Source: Proteromonas lacertae | Taxonomy: Eukaryota | Direction of reading: 5' to 3' | Length of the DNA: 64,000 nucleotides | Assembly: GCA_002245135.1 (NCBI GenBank) | Contig: NGBS01000609.1 | Coordinates: 1-64,000 of the forward strand | Shown here: one piece after another, positions 26,356 through 38,856 of the stretch | Layout of the letters: each line of letters opens with the position of its first letter | How positions within the stretch are numbered: the first letter of the stretch is position 1 | Translations under genes and position numbers: made by a program | Notes under the pieces: generated by a model | What the model saw: only the letters and a program-made list of their open reading frames with translations | Told to the model about the DNA's origin: nothing | Databases searched by the model: none

Positions 26356-29300
26356 TTTCTTTCTATTTTTTATGTTTTATATCAAAAGCTTGATAAGGTT
26401 TGTGTTTATTGAAACAGCTATTTTTTTTGAAAAGCTTTACTCACATTCATTTTGATATTTGAAGAGACAAATTATCTATAGTTATGCAGTCAGAATCTAC
26501 CTTAGATCAGAGTGTGATAAACGAAATAAAACTAACTGAAGTTGATGTTATAAATGGCAAAGCTTTCTCTTATTGTAAGGATCCTTTTATTTTAGTCCGA
26601 GATTGCTTCCTTCGGATTTACTGTGAGATGAAGAGTGTTATAAGCAACAGTAGAGAATCTAAATATCAAAAATGTTTTTTAGTGTATGGCAATGAAGGAA
26701 TGGGTAAAACAATGTTAAGCTGTTTTCTTGCTCACTGTTTCAGCAAAGATAAATATTTCGAGGGATATAATATTGTTTTTTACTGTTATACACGAGAAAG
26801 AAGTAAAAAATACTGTTATTATTATCGAGAAGCTTATGGTGTTGGATATGAAGAAATAAAAGATCTACCCTATACAAAGAGAAAAACAATAGTGATTAGT
26901 GATAATTATCCAATTAAAGAAGATGATTACAGTAATGCTGAGATAGTGATTATGGTATCTTCACCAAGTGCAGATAAATACAAAGTTATGAGTAATAAAA
27001 GAGCTCCAGTACAATTCTATTTACTACCTCTCACATCAGAAGAAATCAACTTCTGTAAAAGAATAGAATATAGGTTGTCTGAAATAGAATATATATATGA
27101 AAATGAATTTGATCCAGAAAGAGATGGTTTACCATCATATATACCAGCATCATACAATGAAATGTATTATATATATGACACTGATAGAATCGATGTAATT
27201 CCAGAAAGAATAAAGTTTAAATCAGATGAAATAGAAAGAAAAATTTTAACAACATACTTCAATGAACCAAAAAGATTTAAATATTTATATCATGCATTTA
27301 AGGATCAAAGAAATGGAATGATATTTGAAAGAATGTGCCATATTATTATAAAAGATAGGTTGCTTGATAATCAGAATATTCTATATATAGGAGGTAATAT
27401 GTGTTATCATGATAATATGAAAGATTTTGTTGATAAATATCTTCACTCAGATGAAAAGATATACGGAAATAGTGATATTTCTAATACCATTATATGTTGA
27501 TTTTAGTGAAAATCAAGAATTTCCAGCAATTGATGGCTGTATAATTAATATATTCAATATTACATCTGTTCAAATGACAATTAAAGATGATCATCCCACA
27601 GAAGATACAATAATTGTATTTCTGAATGTATATTAATATATTATTATACTTGATTAGATGATATACAGTTACTATAAAGATGTGATGATAGGCTACATAT
27701 TAAATACTCCTACTAATCCATTTCCAGAAGGTATTTCACAAGCATCTTCACTTTATGATCTTGGTTATATACCAAGTAGTTTAAAGAAATATATAATATT
27801 CAAAATGGATCAACGTAAAAGAATTCTATGTGAAAGTTATGTATATTCTATTATTTCTTATATTATTTCTAGTTCTTAATCAATGAAATTAACTGCAGAA
27901 GATATATCGACTCTGATTTGATGAATATGTATAGTGCTGATAGACAGGCAGAATTCAAAGATGTTATGGATAGTGATAAGACAAAATTTGAAGAATTAGG
28001 TGATTGAATTATCAGCCTAAATGTATAATGAATATATTGAAATGCTATTCAAAGAAAATGAAATTTAAGTATATAGATAAACTTAAAGTTTTAATAAAAG
28101 AACAATTAGAAGCAATCAAACAACAATTAAAAGAAGAATATGATAGATATACTACACAATTGTTAAGTATTTCAGAACCAATTGAAATATTTAAAATGAA
28201 AGTCAGATTAGCCATATTTAACAATATCATAAATATAATTGATAGACAATTAGAAGAATCAGTAAATGATGAAGTATTTAGCACCCAAATGAATGATTTA
28301 AAGAATGCAAATAAATGATTATAAAGCAAAAATAGTAGAACAAATAGATGTAGTAGATGAGTCATTCGAAAGTCGATGGAGCGAATTACTAAACAAAGCC
28401 AGACGAATTGAATGAAAGAGTAAAGGAATTACATAACGAAATTGAAATGATAAAAGAGCAACTACAAGAATTGCTTGACAGATTGAATTATTTCCTTAAC
28501 CAGTTGAAAACAAATGAACCAGTTTTAGAATTAATTGATTTAGTTTCATCATTACAAAAGAATTTATCTGATATATCAAACAGAATAACCACATTATATG
28601 GTGGAATAACCGAATCACAAAATGATCCAGAAAAGTTAAATAAAATATGTGATAGTATTCAAGTATTGAAGAGTCACCTTTATATGATACATAAGCTGTT
28701 CCAATCATATTTACAGTTTAACTTGGACAATGATCTTGAAACATGTTTATCATATTTGAGACTTTTCCTTAAATATTTTAAAGCAGATATGGACATAGAA
28801 GATAATGATGATGATAAATCATCTATACCACCTTCATCAACTACTGAAGTTAATGGAGAATCAATAAGTGATAATGACAAGGAAATATCTACTGAAGAAT
28901 TAACCAATTTACATAATAAACTTCTTTCATTACAATATCAACTCCAATTGTTAGGTATATGCGATCTTGAAGTAGGAAATGAATTAGTGAAGAATAAAAT
29001 GAATTCTGAAATAGGAGAATATAGTGAAGATTACAAAAAGTTGTTGCATGATTTAGAAGATTATTTAATCGATGAATATTACATTGATTTAGATGATGAA
29101 GAGAGAGAAGATATGAAAAATGAAATTATTACTGTATATTATGTTATTATTATTATTATAGTCAATTGACAATAATAGAAGCTATGATCGTACTGAATTA
29201 AACAGATGTAATCCAATATTTAGAATTATATTTGTTACATATGATCATGATGAAGTTACAACAAAACTTGTAATAGGTGAAGAAGATTTTGGATATTATG

Positions 29301-32300
29301 GCAAAGAATTTAAAAATGAAATGATAAAAGAGATGAATAAGACATATATTTGGAATCTTTCAAAAACAGATGAAGAGAATATAATAGAAAACACAACAAG
29401 GTTAGTAAGACCAAATAAAAATATTCTAAATGAAGACCAAAAAAAAATAATCAGATCTGTAAAATCAAAAAGACTTAGATTTTCTACTTTAAATTTGACT
29501 ACAAAAGAATTATTAAATGTTTATAATCAAGAAACAACTCCTGAAAGATTTACTGCAAATACAACATTTAAATTCAAGCCAAAAGAATATTCCAATTTAC
29601 TTATAAAAGAACCTTCGAAAAAGCCAATTAATCCTGAAAAAGATATTAATGAGTTGGTTAAAGAATTTAACAACAACATTATTATGAATCAAGCTAATAA
29701 AACTGATAGTTTAAAAGTAATTATAGATGAATATAATGATTTTGTAAATGAATTAAATACATCAAATGGTGAATTGAAGTTAAATGAAGATAATAAAAAG
29801 ATAATAAATGGTATTGAAAATTTATGTAGGAGAATAGATGAACTTGTAGTACTGAATGAAACGATAGATGAAGTAATGCATTTGAAAAATTATATTGGAT
29901 TAACTGTTCCTACCAGAAACTATGTGAATAAATTATTATCAGAATTACCTATTGATGAGACTAAGAAGTGGATAGATGATAATTTATCTAATTTAGTCTT
30001 TCCTATTACTAAACAAGCTGAAGATAATTTACTTCATCGCTTATCTATTGTAAATGAAGAGAAAATTAATAAGTTTATACTGACATTACCTTACATTGTT
30101 ATTAAAGAAGGAATAGGTAAATTACTATGTGAATTACTATATGCTGTAAGTAAAAATTACATAGAAAAATTTTCATTTGAATTGCCTGTTAATGCTACTC
30201 AAAATGTAGTTGTTAAGTTATTAGCTGAATTACGTATTACAATTGATGAAGATTCTATAGATCAGTTTATATCTAAATATCCTGTTCCTAAAGAAGATGA
30301 TATTTATCAATTTTTATTAGCATTACCTGTTGATGGTACTAAAAAGCATATTGATAAGTTATTATCTCAATTACCTATTCCTATTAATGAAGATAATAAA
30401 GAAAAGCTAATATCAATATTATGTGTTGGTAAAGAAGAAGATATTCAGAATTTCATACCTGATTTAATTAAAGATGCTACTAAAGAGTATATTGACAAGT
30501 TAAAACCTGCCTATAATTTAATATCAATAATGAAAGGAAATTTAAAAGATTTTTGTTCTACCTGTACAAGTATATTTATATTAATATAATATTGTAATAA
30601 TAGAAACAAATGAATTATGTCGAATATTTGAAAAACCAGTGATTATAAACTATGATAATACAATAAGCATTGGATGTGATATATTCCAATATCCTGAAAG
30701 GAGAGTGTATATCCGAGATGTTTATAAAGATATATGGAATGAATTGAAATATTATATATTCTTTTTGAAAATACGAGAAGTTAAACGTGAAAGTTTTGAT
30801 GATATTAATGCTATTGTTGAAATAATAAATGAATGTATAAGAGAAGATAATGAAGAGAATAATAAAAGAAATATAAATATTATTAGAGAATATATTATAA
30901 AAGGAAAATGTTTTGAAGAGAAAATAGCTGTTCTAGATGATATGAACAATAAAATATTTAGAGGTAAAATCAGAAAGGAATATAATGGAAAAGAATACAA
31001 AGCAGTTAAATGCTTTAAAATTTTATTAAGAGGAAATCCAGGATGTGGTAAAACCTCCTTTATAATATTCATGCTGAAGAAGATCATTGAGTTAAATGAA
31101 AGAATTAGTGATGATAGATTAAAAATTGATGCTAAAGTATTTAAAAATGGAGGTGATCATGATTTCAATAAATATCGATTAGTAAAAGAAAATGTTCGTG
31201 AAGGTATTAATAATCCAAAACGCTCTGATATAGCTATAACAGATTCATATAACTTAGATACAAGAGATGCAAAAGCTTCAATTATATTATACATTACTGC
31301 TCCAGATTATAAGAATTATAAAAATTTTATAGTAAATAATCGTAATAAATTCTATTATTATATGGATGTATTTAGTAATGATGAAATAAAGGAATGGGAA
31401 GAAAAATGTTTAACAACTAAACTGACATATTCAATATATAAAAATGGATTCAATAGTAAATATGGAAATGTTCCAAGACATATCTATTATGCAGCAATAT
31501 ATGATGTATGTTATGGTAGAGATTATTGGGATGAGTTATACTCAATAGGTATTAAGAGAATAATTGGAGGTATTGGATATATGGAATTTCTAATGAAATA
31601 TCTATTTCCAAGTGAGTCTGCAGAAGATAAAATATCTAATTATAAATCAGAAAGATTTGATATTACATTATGTCATTTGATAGTGAAATATTCTATACCA
31701 TATAAAGATGAAGTGAATAAAATCAAATATTATGATAGAATCAATGAATATGAAATGGAGTTTATATCTGATGAAGTATTTGATTATATTTATGATAACA
31801 TAAAACACAAAGCTGAAAAAGCAGATATTAATGATATTCAAGGGATTTTTAGGAGTATTTATAATAAAAAAGATCATCAATTATTTCAATTACTATTTGA
31901 AGAACTAGTATTTTACAACTGCTTATATAATGGAGAAAAATTAAAATATAAAAATAATACAATAATAGAAACAATTGATAAGAATGAATTTGACACTTTT
32001 AAAGAATTATTCAATGTTGATATATATTCTACTAAAATGAAAGGTGTGTATTTAGTTCATTTAGCAACTGTTGAGAATAGAGAAATGATTTATTTGATGA
32101 ATAACTGTTTTATTCATATTATAAATGATCCAAGCGAAGCCAAAAGAGAATGTAATGAAATAATTGATGAATGTATTATTCAACTGTCAATGAAAATGAA
32201 ATGGTTAAATTTTCATTATATATTTGTTTCTTCAAAAGGCAAAACTTCTAAACAATTAAAAGTAGAGAAAAAGTTTATATCTCATTTAAAGCCAATAATA

Positions 32301-32578
32301 GATCTAACAACTAATGAACCTGGTATAGTGAGTCTTAAACCATCAAATAATGGAACATATTATTGTGTAAATGGAGAGAGGATAAAAGTTATTATATTAT
32401 ATTATCGATCAGAATTTGAGAAAGAAGTGTATGGAAAAGATTTTGGTTTAAAATTACTTTATTAAACCACTTTTAATGATTATTATATATTATAATGTTT
32501 ATATCTTTTGATTAAGGGTTATATACTTTATTATCAGTATTTCTTTTAATGTTATACATCACAAAAAGAAATTAAAAT
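26356..32578 (+). mobile_element. Putative NTPase-REase mobile unit A
   Basis: Flanked by direct repeat ATAATAATGAGTA at 26343-26355 and 32579-32591; 5' end conserved in copies B and C. Confidence 0.6.
26484..32465 (+). CDS. Crinkler/RHS-like tandem P-loop NTPase + REase-like protein, copy A (~1,950 aa spliced; several frameshifts)
   Basis: Walker A GNEGMGKT and GNPGCGKT; VIMVSSP; FPAID...SVQMTI; introns 27628-27657, 27841-27872, 29134-29161, 30570-30603 join the ORF-track pieces. Confidence 0.75.
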
Positions 32579-32745
32579 ATAATAATGAGTAATAAAGGGT
32601 TTTTGATTCAAAAAAATAGCCGTTTATGTGTTCTATTTCACCCTATAGTTTTTTCACCCTTAGAAACATAATTAGACAATAAAAAATACATCAATCGATT
32701 CGTAATATTATGCTGGGCTCAAATATGCCCTTAAAAAATCGATAC

Positions 32746-33313
32746 TGTTGATCCGCCGTTCAGCTAAATACGCCGTTGAGCGTTAAGAAGACTTTTTTCA
32801 ATTCTAATATCATAAACGTAACCTCTGCCCTTCAATATTACTAATCAACACTTTGTTTTCCAAAATAGTTACGTTGGCCTAATATCGTATAGTAGTGTTT
32901 AGGTTCCTGTACTGGAAACAATTTTTATTTTTATATTATTTTAAAAGCTTATAACAATAGCAGACATCGGGATAAAGGTTTTAAATAGAAAAGGAATACC
33001 TACTTATTGCATTTACCTACTTAAAATTTATTTTGAAAAAACAGGCTTGAATGAAGCTTGAATAGATTTTTTATTTTTTCGTTTTTAAGCGTCCTAACAT
33101 CTAAATATGTGTGATTTAATTGCTTAAACTAATGTATTTTTAACTCCAGTAGTGATTGAAGCAAAAAATTAAAAATATATATCGCAGATGAAGCTTATAT
33201 GACAAAGTAAGATTATATTTGCATATAACTCGCCATTAAACCACACACTATCATTTTAGAATTGAAAAAGTCTTCTTAACGCTCAACTGCGCATTTAGCT
33301 CAACGGAGCAACA
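32746..33313 (+). mobile_element. Non-autonomous TIR element (MITE), copy 1, TGTTG...CAACA
   Basis: ~55-60-bp imperfect TIRs; 5-bp TSD GATAC at 32741-32745 and 33314-33318. Confidence 0.9.
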
Positions 33314-33324
33314 GATACATATAT

Positions 33325-33368
33325 CATGATCACAATATGGTGCGATATGACACCATATGGTGATCATG
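33325..33368. repeat. Hairpin, 18-bp stem with one mismatch
   Basis: CATGATCACAATATGGTG ... CACCATATGGTGATCATG. Confidence 0.8.
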
Positions 33369-33463
33369 TCATCTCAAATAAAACGAATCTATTTTTCTAT
33401 TATTGAAATTTCTTATAAGACGTATATTACATATCAAAATAATGCTAATTAATTATGTAAATT

Positions 33464-33766
33464 ATGAACAACACCCCCACACAAAAAAAACAATCAAATC
33501 ATTTGAATCAATGGTATTTTGAGTTAACACACAAAATGATTAACATGATTATGAGTCAACGTTTGATATTAGTGTTTGTAGGTCCTTGTGACTTAGGAAA
33601 TAGAGATTATCCGAAAGTTACATACACACCAACAATGAAAAAAGTAATCATCAGAATGCCACAAAGATGTTTTAATGGTAAGATGCCAATATTCTTCAAA
33701 TGTACTCATATGGATACAGAGATGATAGAATATATTGAAACTCATACAATATTTCACCACACATAA
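33464..33766 (+). CDS. Intronless hypothetical protein in the virus-like centre
   Basis: 100-aa ATG-initiated ORF converging on the protease ORF. Confidence 0.5.
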   Translation: MNNTPTQKKQSNHLNQWYFELTHKMINMIMSQRLILVFVGPCDLGNRDYPKVTYTPTMKKVIIRMPQRCFNGKMPIFFKCTHMDTEMIEYIETHTIFHHT

Positions 33767-33791
33767 AAAAAATAATTAAGAAATAATTATA

Positions 33792-36700
33792 TTATATTAA
33801 ACCAAATTGTTTTTTCATTAACCTAATTTTTGCTTCACCCACTATTGTATTATAGTCAGTAGCCTTTTTGAAACTACACTGATCTCTTAAAATATTTTTC
33901 AAAAAATTAATAGCAAAAAAACCGCAGTTAGCAGTATTTGAATTTTGATTATGTACTCCATTGATTTTAAGTTCATACTTTTCATTATGATACTTCTTTA
34001 ATTTTTTCAAATTTTTTTTAAATTCTTCCAAGCGTTGAGGATCTTCACCAAATGAATCATAGTACAGGAATTGCTTCTTGATATTGTCAACTACTAAGGC
34101 CACCCAATGACCTATAGAATCAGGGCTAGCTTGTGTGGTGAGTGTATTGATTATGATTCCCCATTGATTCTTCTTTTTGGGTATAGGAAGTACAAGCTCG
34201 TCCCAGCAGAACACTCCCATGAACTTTCCGTGGAAATTATTGAACTCATTTTTCACAATTAACTCTATATCAAAGTTCGATAAGGCATCTGAAGTGATAC
34301 TGTTATACAAAACTTTCCTACGTGAAATTAATTTCTTTACTTTTTTATTATTTCCATTACCTATTCCAAAGTAACTCATAGCTTCACTGAGTTGTTTTGC
34401 TTGATCTAAATTACTCACTGCTCTACCAAAATTAGTGAGTGAACTTGGAATTGTTTGTTGTGAACGTCTCACGTAGTTATCCATTTTGATTGCATTCTTG
34501 TGTTGATATGGTGTTGGTTTTAACCAGTTTAATAAACCACCTGCATCTAGCAAACCAAAACAAGCAGTCAATGCACTGAATACTGTTCCTATACCTGCAA
34601 CAGTTTGTAATGTACCTGTTGGATCAGCTGCAACAACAGTTTTTGCCATTGATGGCATAGCTTTTGATAATTCACTAATACCTTTAACTGCTGCTGCAGC
34701 AGTTGTTGCATCACCTCCATTTGCAGCTGCAGCTACAGTTGCTGCTGTTTTTAATGTATCACCTACATTTTTTGCATCTATATTTCATATATTAGAAAAT
34801 TTGTAGAAGAATGGAACTAATAGAAATAAGTATCGAACATATGGATGAGTATTGAACATAAATGAAACACCAAAGTTATACAACAAGTCTACAGGTAACC
34901 ATGATTTTTGAATTGCTTCAGGTAACATTGACTTAACTTTTTCTGAATTACCATAATACAAGTCAGTGATAGCAGGTAATCTACCACCTGATAGCATACG
35001 AATTATTTCATAGTAGTCGAAAATGAAGTACCACATTACATACAAGAACCCTGATGTTGGTAGCTTGGATTTTTTCCATAACCAATAAGCCAAACATGTC
35101 ATTACTATTGCACGAACATATTTCATTGCATGATCTACTTCAAACATTTGAGGAGTAACTCCACCTACCAAATATGACTTCATTGTATAGTATATTTGTG
35201 GAAATATCCTAAATACATTCTCTACACACAGGAACAAATTACCAGCAAAACCCATAAAATCAGATTCACGTAATGAATCGAGTGCTTTTTGAAATTGTGA
35301 ATTTTCAAATTGTGCCCATGAACTACATGCAGTTTTCACTAAACCAATAGCTATTTCATATTTTTGTTTATTATCTGCATTCACCCACTCTTGAGGAAGT
35401 GAGTGACCTAACTTCTCTCTGTTATAATCAAAGTTAATGAAATCTCTACTATTTTGTGATGCTATTTCATTCAGTTCTCTATATTTATCTTCATTAATCC
35501 ATATATGCGGTTCTTTATCTATATCTATAGCACTATTCACTAGTTCTTGATTTTTTGGATCTAATGCCCATCTATAAAATTTTGATCTTTCTAATATCTC
35601 TTGATCATCCATATATCTTTGTGCCTTTTGATTATTCAATGCAATATATTCTTTTACTTTTTCAGCTCGATTCGGATCAAAATTATATGGATCTGAATAT
35701 TGATTGATCTTACTTACTCCATCAACTAATTCATTTTGCAAATACTCCTGCTGTAGTAATAGTTTGTTATAATATTCTATTGCATCTTTATCATTACCTG
35801 TTAATTTATCCCAAGTTGAGGTCAACCAATCTTGTCTATAATTTTTATACGCTGCTAATTGAGGATTCTTTTCTATTATCTCTTGTAATGATTTATAATT
35901 TTGTAATTTAGGAAATTTTTGTAACAAAGGATCTGTAACTCTATTCATTCCATTATCATATGCCTGAACATCTGCTTCTGTAACATATTCAGGCCAATTC
36001 AAAAGATAGCTTCTTGGATTAGATGTATCTAATTCTGCTAATGGGAATGTTCCTCTTAAATGTCCTTTTTTCTGTTCACGATCTAGCATATCATAAAAAT
36101 TAATATGATAATTGTTAGGCAACATTGAAGCATAATTATTAGTTAATGCATATTGAACTTCTTTTCGAGCTTGTCTATTCAAACCTGGACTAAATAATTT
36201 ATCATAATTCCAATTAAAATCATATCCTACCGTTTCTTTTGGTATATATGGTTGAATATATTCTGGTATTTGACTTGGCTGTAATTGTGATGTTCCATTA
36301 TAAGCAGCACTAGCAGTATCATACATTTGTTGTCTTGGATTAGTAATAATGACATGCTTATTAGGACCAACACTTTGACCCACTCTTAATGGTATAATAC
36401 CACTATTACCACCTAATTCCTTAGTAGCCAAGAGATGCCTCCGTGGGATACTCTCTAATTTTAGTTTATTTCTTCTGTGATGTTTCTTATGCTTGAAATG
36501 AACATGTTATCTTCTACCTGAACCTGTCTTTGGATATCCATCTAAAGACATGCCAAATAAACCATAATTTACTTTAGGCCATAAAACAAATTGTTTTCCC
36601 ATACCATTAATTAAATTACACACATCTGATCGTGCTTCTGGAGCATTACGACCACATTGATATTTGAAATAATGTAAATAATCTACTAATTGATCTATTG

Positions 36701-37291
36701 TTCCTCCATAGTTTGAAAACTTTGATATAATATCTAATGGCAATCCTACATTTTTACATACATTTTCTAAATCTTGTTTTGTATTATTCATAACCATTTG
36801 CTTAACTGATTCATAATCATATTGATTAATCAAAAATGGTTGTAATTTTTCCATAATAGCATCAACATTATATCTTTGTTGTTGTTGTTGTTGTAATGGT
36901 TGTGTGATATTTTGGAATGTTGGCTGGGCTGTTGCCTCCGTGGAGGCAGCAACACCTGCCATCATTCCGGCGTAATTTGCAGCATTTGAACTTTGATTAT
37001 TATAACCTGCACCAGTTGCAGGTATTGAAGTTGTAACATTAGAACTGGCCCCAGTTGTAGTACTATTAGTTGTATTATTATAACTGGTGCCAGTTGTAAC
37101 ATTCGATACTTGAATATTTGAAGTGGCCGGCGCACTCGTCGAATTTGTTGTTGTAGGAGTAGCACCAAATATACCTCTGAACCAAAATTGAAACATATAA
37201 TATAGTAGCCATTTAAAATATTTACTCAAAAGTATTTCAACTAGTTAGCGTTTAAAATACTTTGAACGACTTGGAATTTAGGCTCGAGCAT
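33792..37291 (-). pseudogene. Virus-like polyprotein with membrane segments and C-terminal adenain/Ulp1-clan (Polinton/virophage-type) cysteine protease, interrupted by two in-frame stops
   Basis: ORFs 36507-37229, 34785-36431 and 33792-34658 are in one frame, separated only by TAA (36507-36509) and TGA (34785-34787); IIINT...GHWVAL...YYDSFG...NQ...CGFF motifs; upstream ATG at 37291 is one base out of frame. Confidence 0.8.
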
Positions 37292-37599
37292 GACTTAATT
37301 TATTTTGTTAAATAGAAAGAGATATGGAATTTTATATTTTCAAAAATATATATTATGATGTATTTATTTATGATATATTAGAAAAATCAAATAAAAAACA
37401 AAAGAAAGTTAAAAAAAATGAATCGAACGTTCGAGTTAAATCGAATGATATAAATTGTATTTTTATATATTTTTAATTAATTGATTATTTGAAAACAAAA
37501 TTAATGGAGTAGAGATAATTTTACTTCAATATATTAGTTGTAATTATAGCAGTCAACAATTTAGCAATATTGTTTTTAATTTAAGAATATTGTCAAGTA

Positions 37600-38713
37600 A
37601 ACAAAATTATTTCAGCAGATACCAGTATACATATATTATTATTATTTTGGTGATTTCCAACAATACTGCAATAGCGTTATAAAATGCAGTATTATACATG
37701 ATCCAACTGATTTCAGAAATCAAATTAGATATTTCAAAGATATACTGTTATACCTATTTGATTACAATCCAAATTATAAGTAAAATATTGTATAATATAT
37801 TTTATAATATTAATAAATAGTATGATAGAATGTTAGATTGGATATATATCGATCTAAAAGTGATTGTATATAACCCGAGTGGTTACACAGATCAGAAAGG
37901 AACATATGATGAAATTGAAAAGCAATAAAAAGAAAAAGAAGAAAAAAAGAATCAACAACAAGTAGAGAAGAACAAAACCAAATCACCAGTAAAAAGAAGA
38001 AGAAAGTATGATGATGATCATGATGATGATGAAGATAAAGATGTTGTGCGCTGTTGAGCTAAATGCGCAGTTGAGCGTTAAGAAGACTTTTTCAATTCTA
38101 AAATGATAGTGTGTGGTTTGATGGCGAGTTATATGCAAATATAATCTTACTTTGTCATATAATCTACATCTGCAATATATATTATTTGAACTTTATCCCA
38201 ACATAATGAAAACAATTATAATTTTATTTTTAATTTTTTTACTTCGATCACTACTAGAGTTAAAAAAACATTAGTTTAAGCAATTAAATCACACATATTT
38301 AGATGTTAAGACACTTAAAAACGAAAAAATAAAAATCTATTCAAGCCTCATTCAAGCCTGTTTTTTCAAAATAAATTTTAAGCAGGTAAATGCAATAAGT
38401 AGGTATTCCTTTTCTATTTAAAACCTTTATCCCGATGTCTACTATTGTTATAAGCTTTTAAAATAATATAAAAATAAAAATTGTTTCCAGTACAGGAACC
38501 TAAACACTACTATACGATATTAGGCCAACGTAATTATTTTGGAAAACAAAGTGTTGATTAGTAATATTGAAGGGCCAGAGGTTTCGTTTATGATATTAGA
38601 ATTGAAAAAAGTCTTCTTAACGCTCAACGGCGTATTTAGCTGAACGGCGCACAACAAAAGATAAAGATGGCAGTGATGATGATGCAAGTCCAGTAGTAGA
38701 TCTGATAGAATAG
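37600..38713 (+). pseudogene. Spliced gene remnant interrupted by MITE copy 2
   Basis: Intron 37780-37820; internal TAA; frame ...KYDDDHDDDEDK|DKDGSDDDASPVVDLIE* restored by removing the MITE and one TSD; start approximate. Confidence 0.6.
38042..38656 (-). mobile_element. Non-autonomous TIR element (MITE), copy 2, inverted relative to copy 1
   Basis: TGTTGTGCGC...GCGCACAACA termini; 5-bp TSD AAAGA at 38037-38041 and 38657-38661; 47 bp longer than copy 1. Confidence 0.9.
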
Positions 38714-38821
38714 GACTGCTAATTAAGTCCTTAAAATTTATTTTTATAAAAATTCTCATATAAAATTATTTATATGCGTAGCTAATTATACGCAAAATTT
38801 TTATTGTCTAATAAAAATAAC

Positions 38822-38856
38822 TAAAGGGTTATAGCACACTGTGCTATAACCCTTTA
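38822..38856. repeat. Perfect 35-nt palindrome (17-bp arms)
   Basis: TAAAGGGTTATAGCACA-C-TGTGCTATAACCCTTTA. Confidence 0.9.

Larger units (their letters stand above)
26078..32685 (+). repeat. Left arm of ~20-kb quasi-palindrome
   Basis: Reverse-complement match to ~39634-45823 up to ~32296, then short matches 32579-32601 and 32671-32685 to 38848-38870 and 38798-38812. Confidence 0.9.

Noticed and set aside
33792..37291. Alternative genetic code explaining the in-frame stops
   Set aside because: Two different stops (TAA, TGA), once each; TAA terminates most genes here and TGA ends GEX1; the 5' end is also frameshifted
32746..38656. Composite transposon formed by the two inverted MITEs carrying the protease region
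   Set aside because: Each MITE has its own distinct TSD and the outer flanks (GATAC vs AAAGA) do not match
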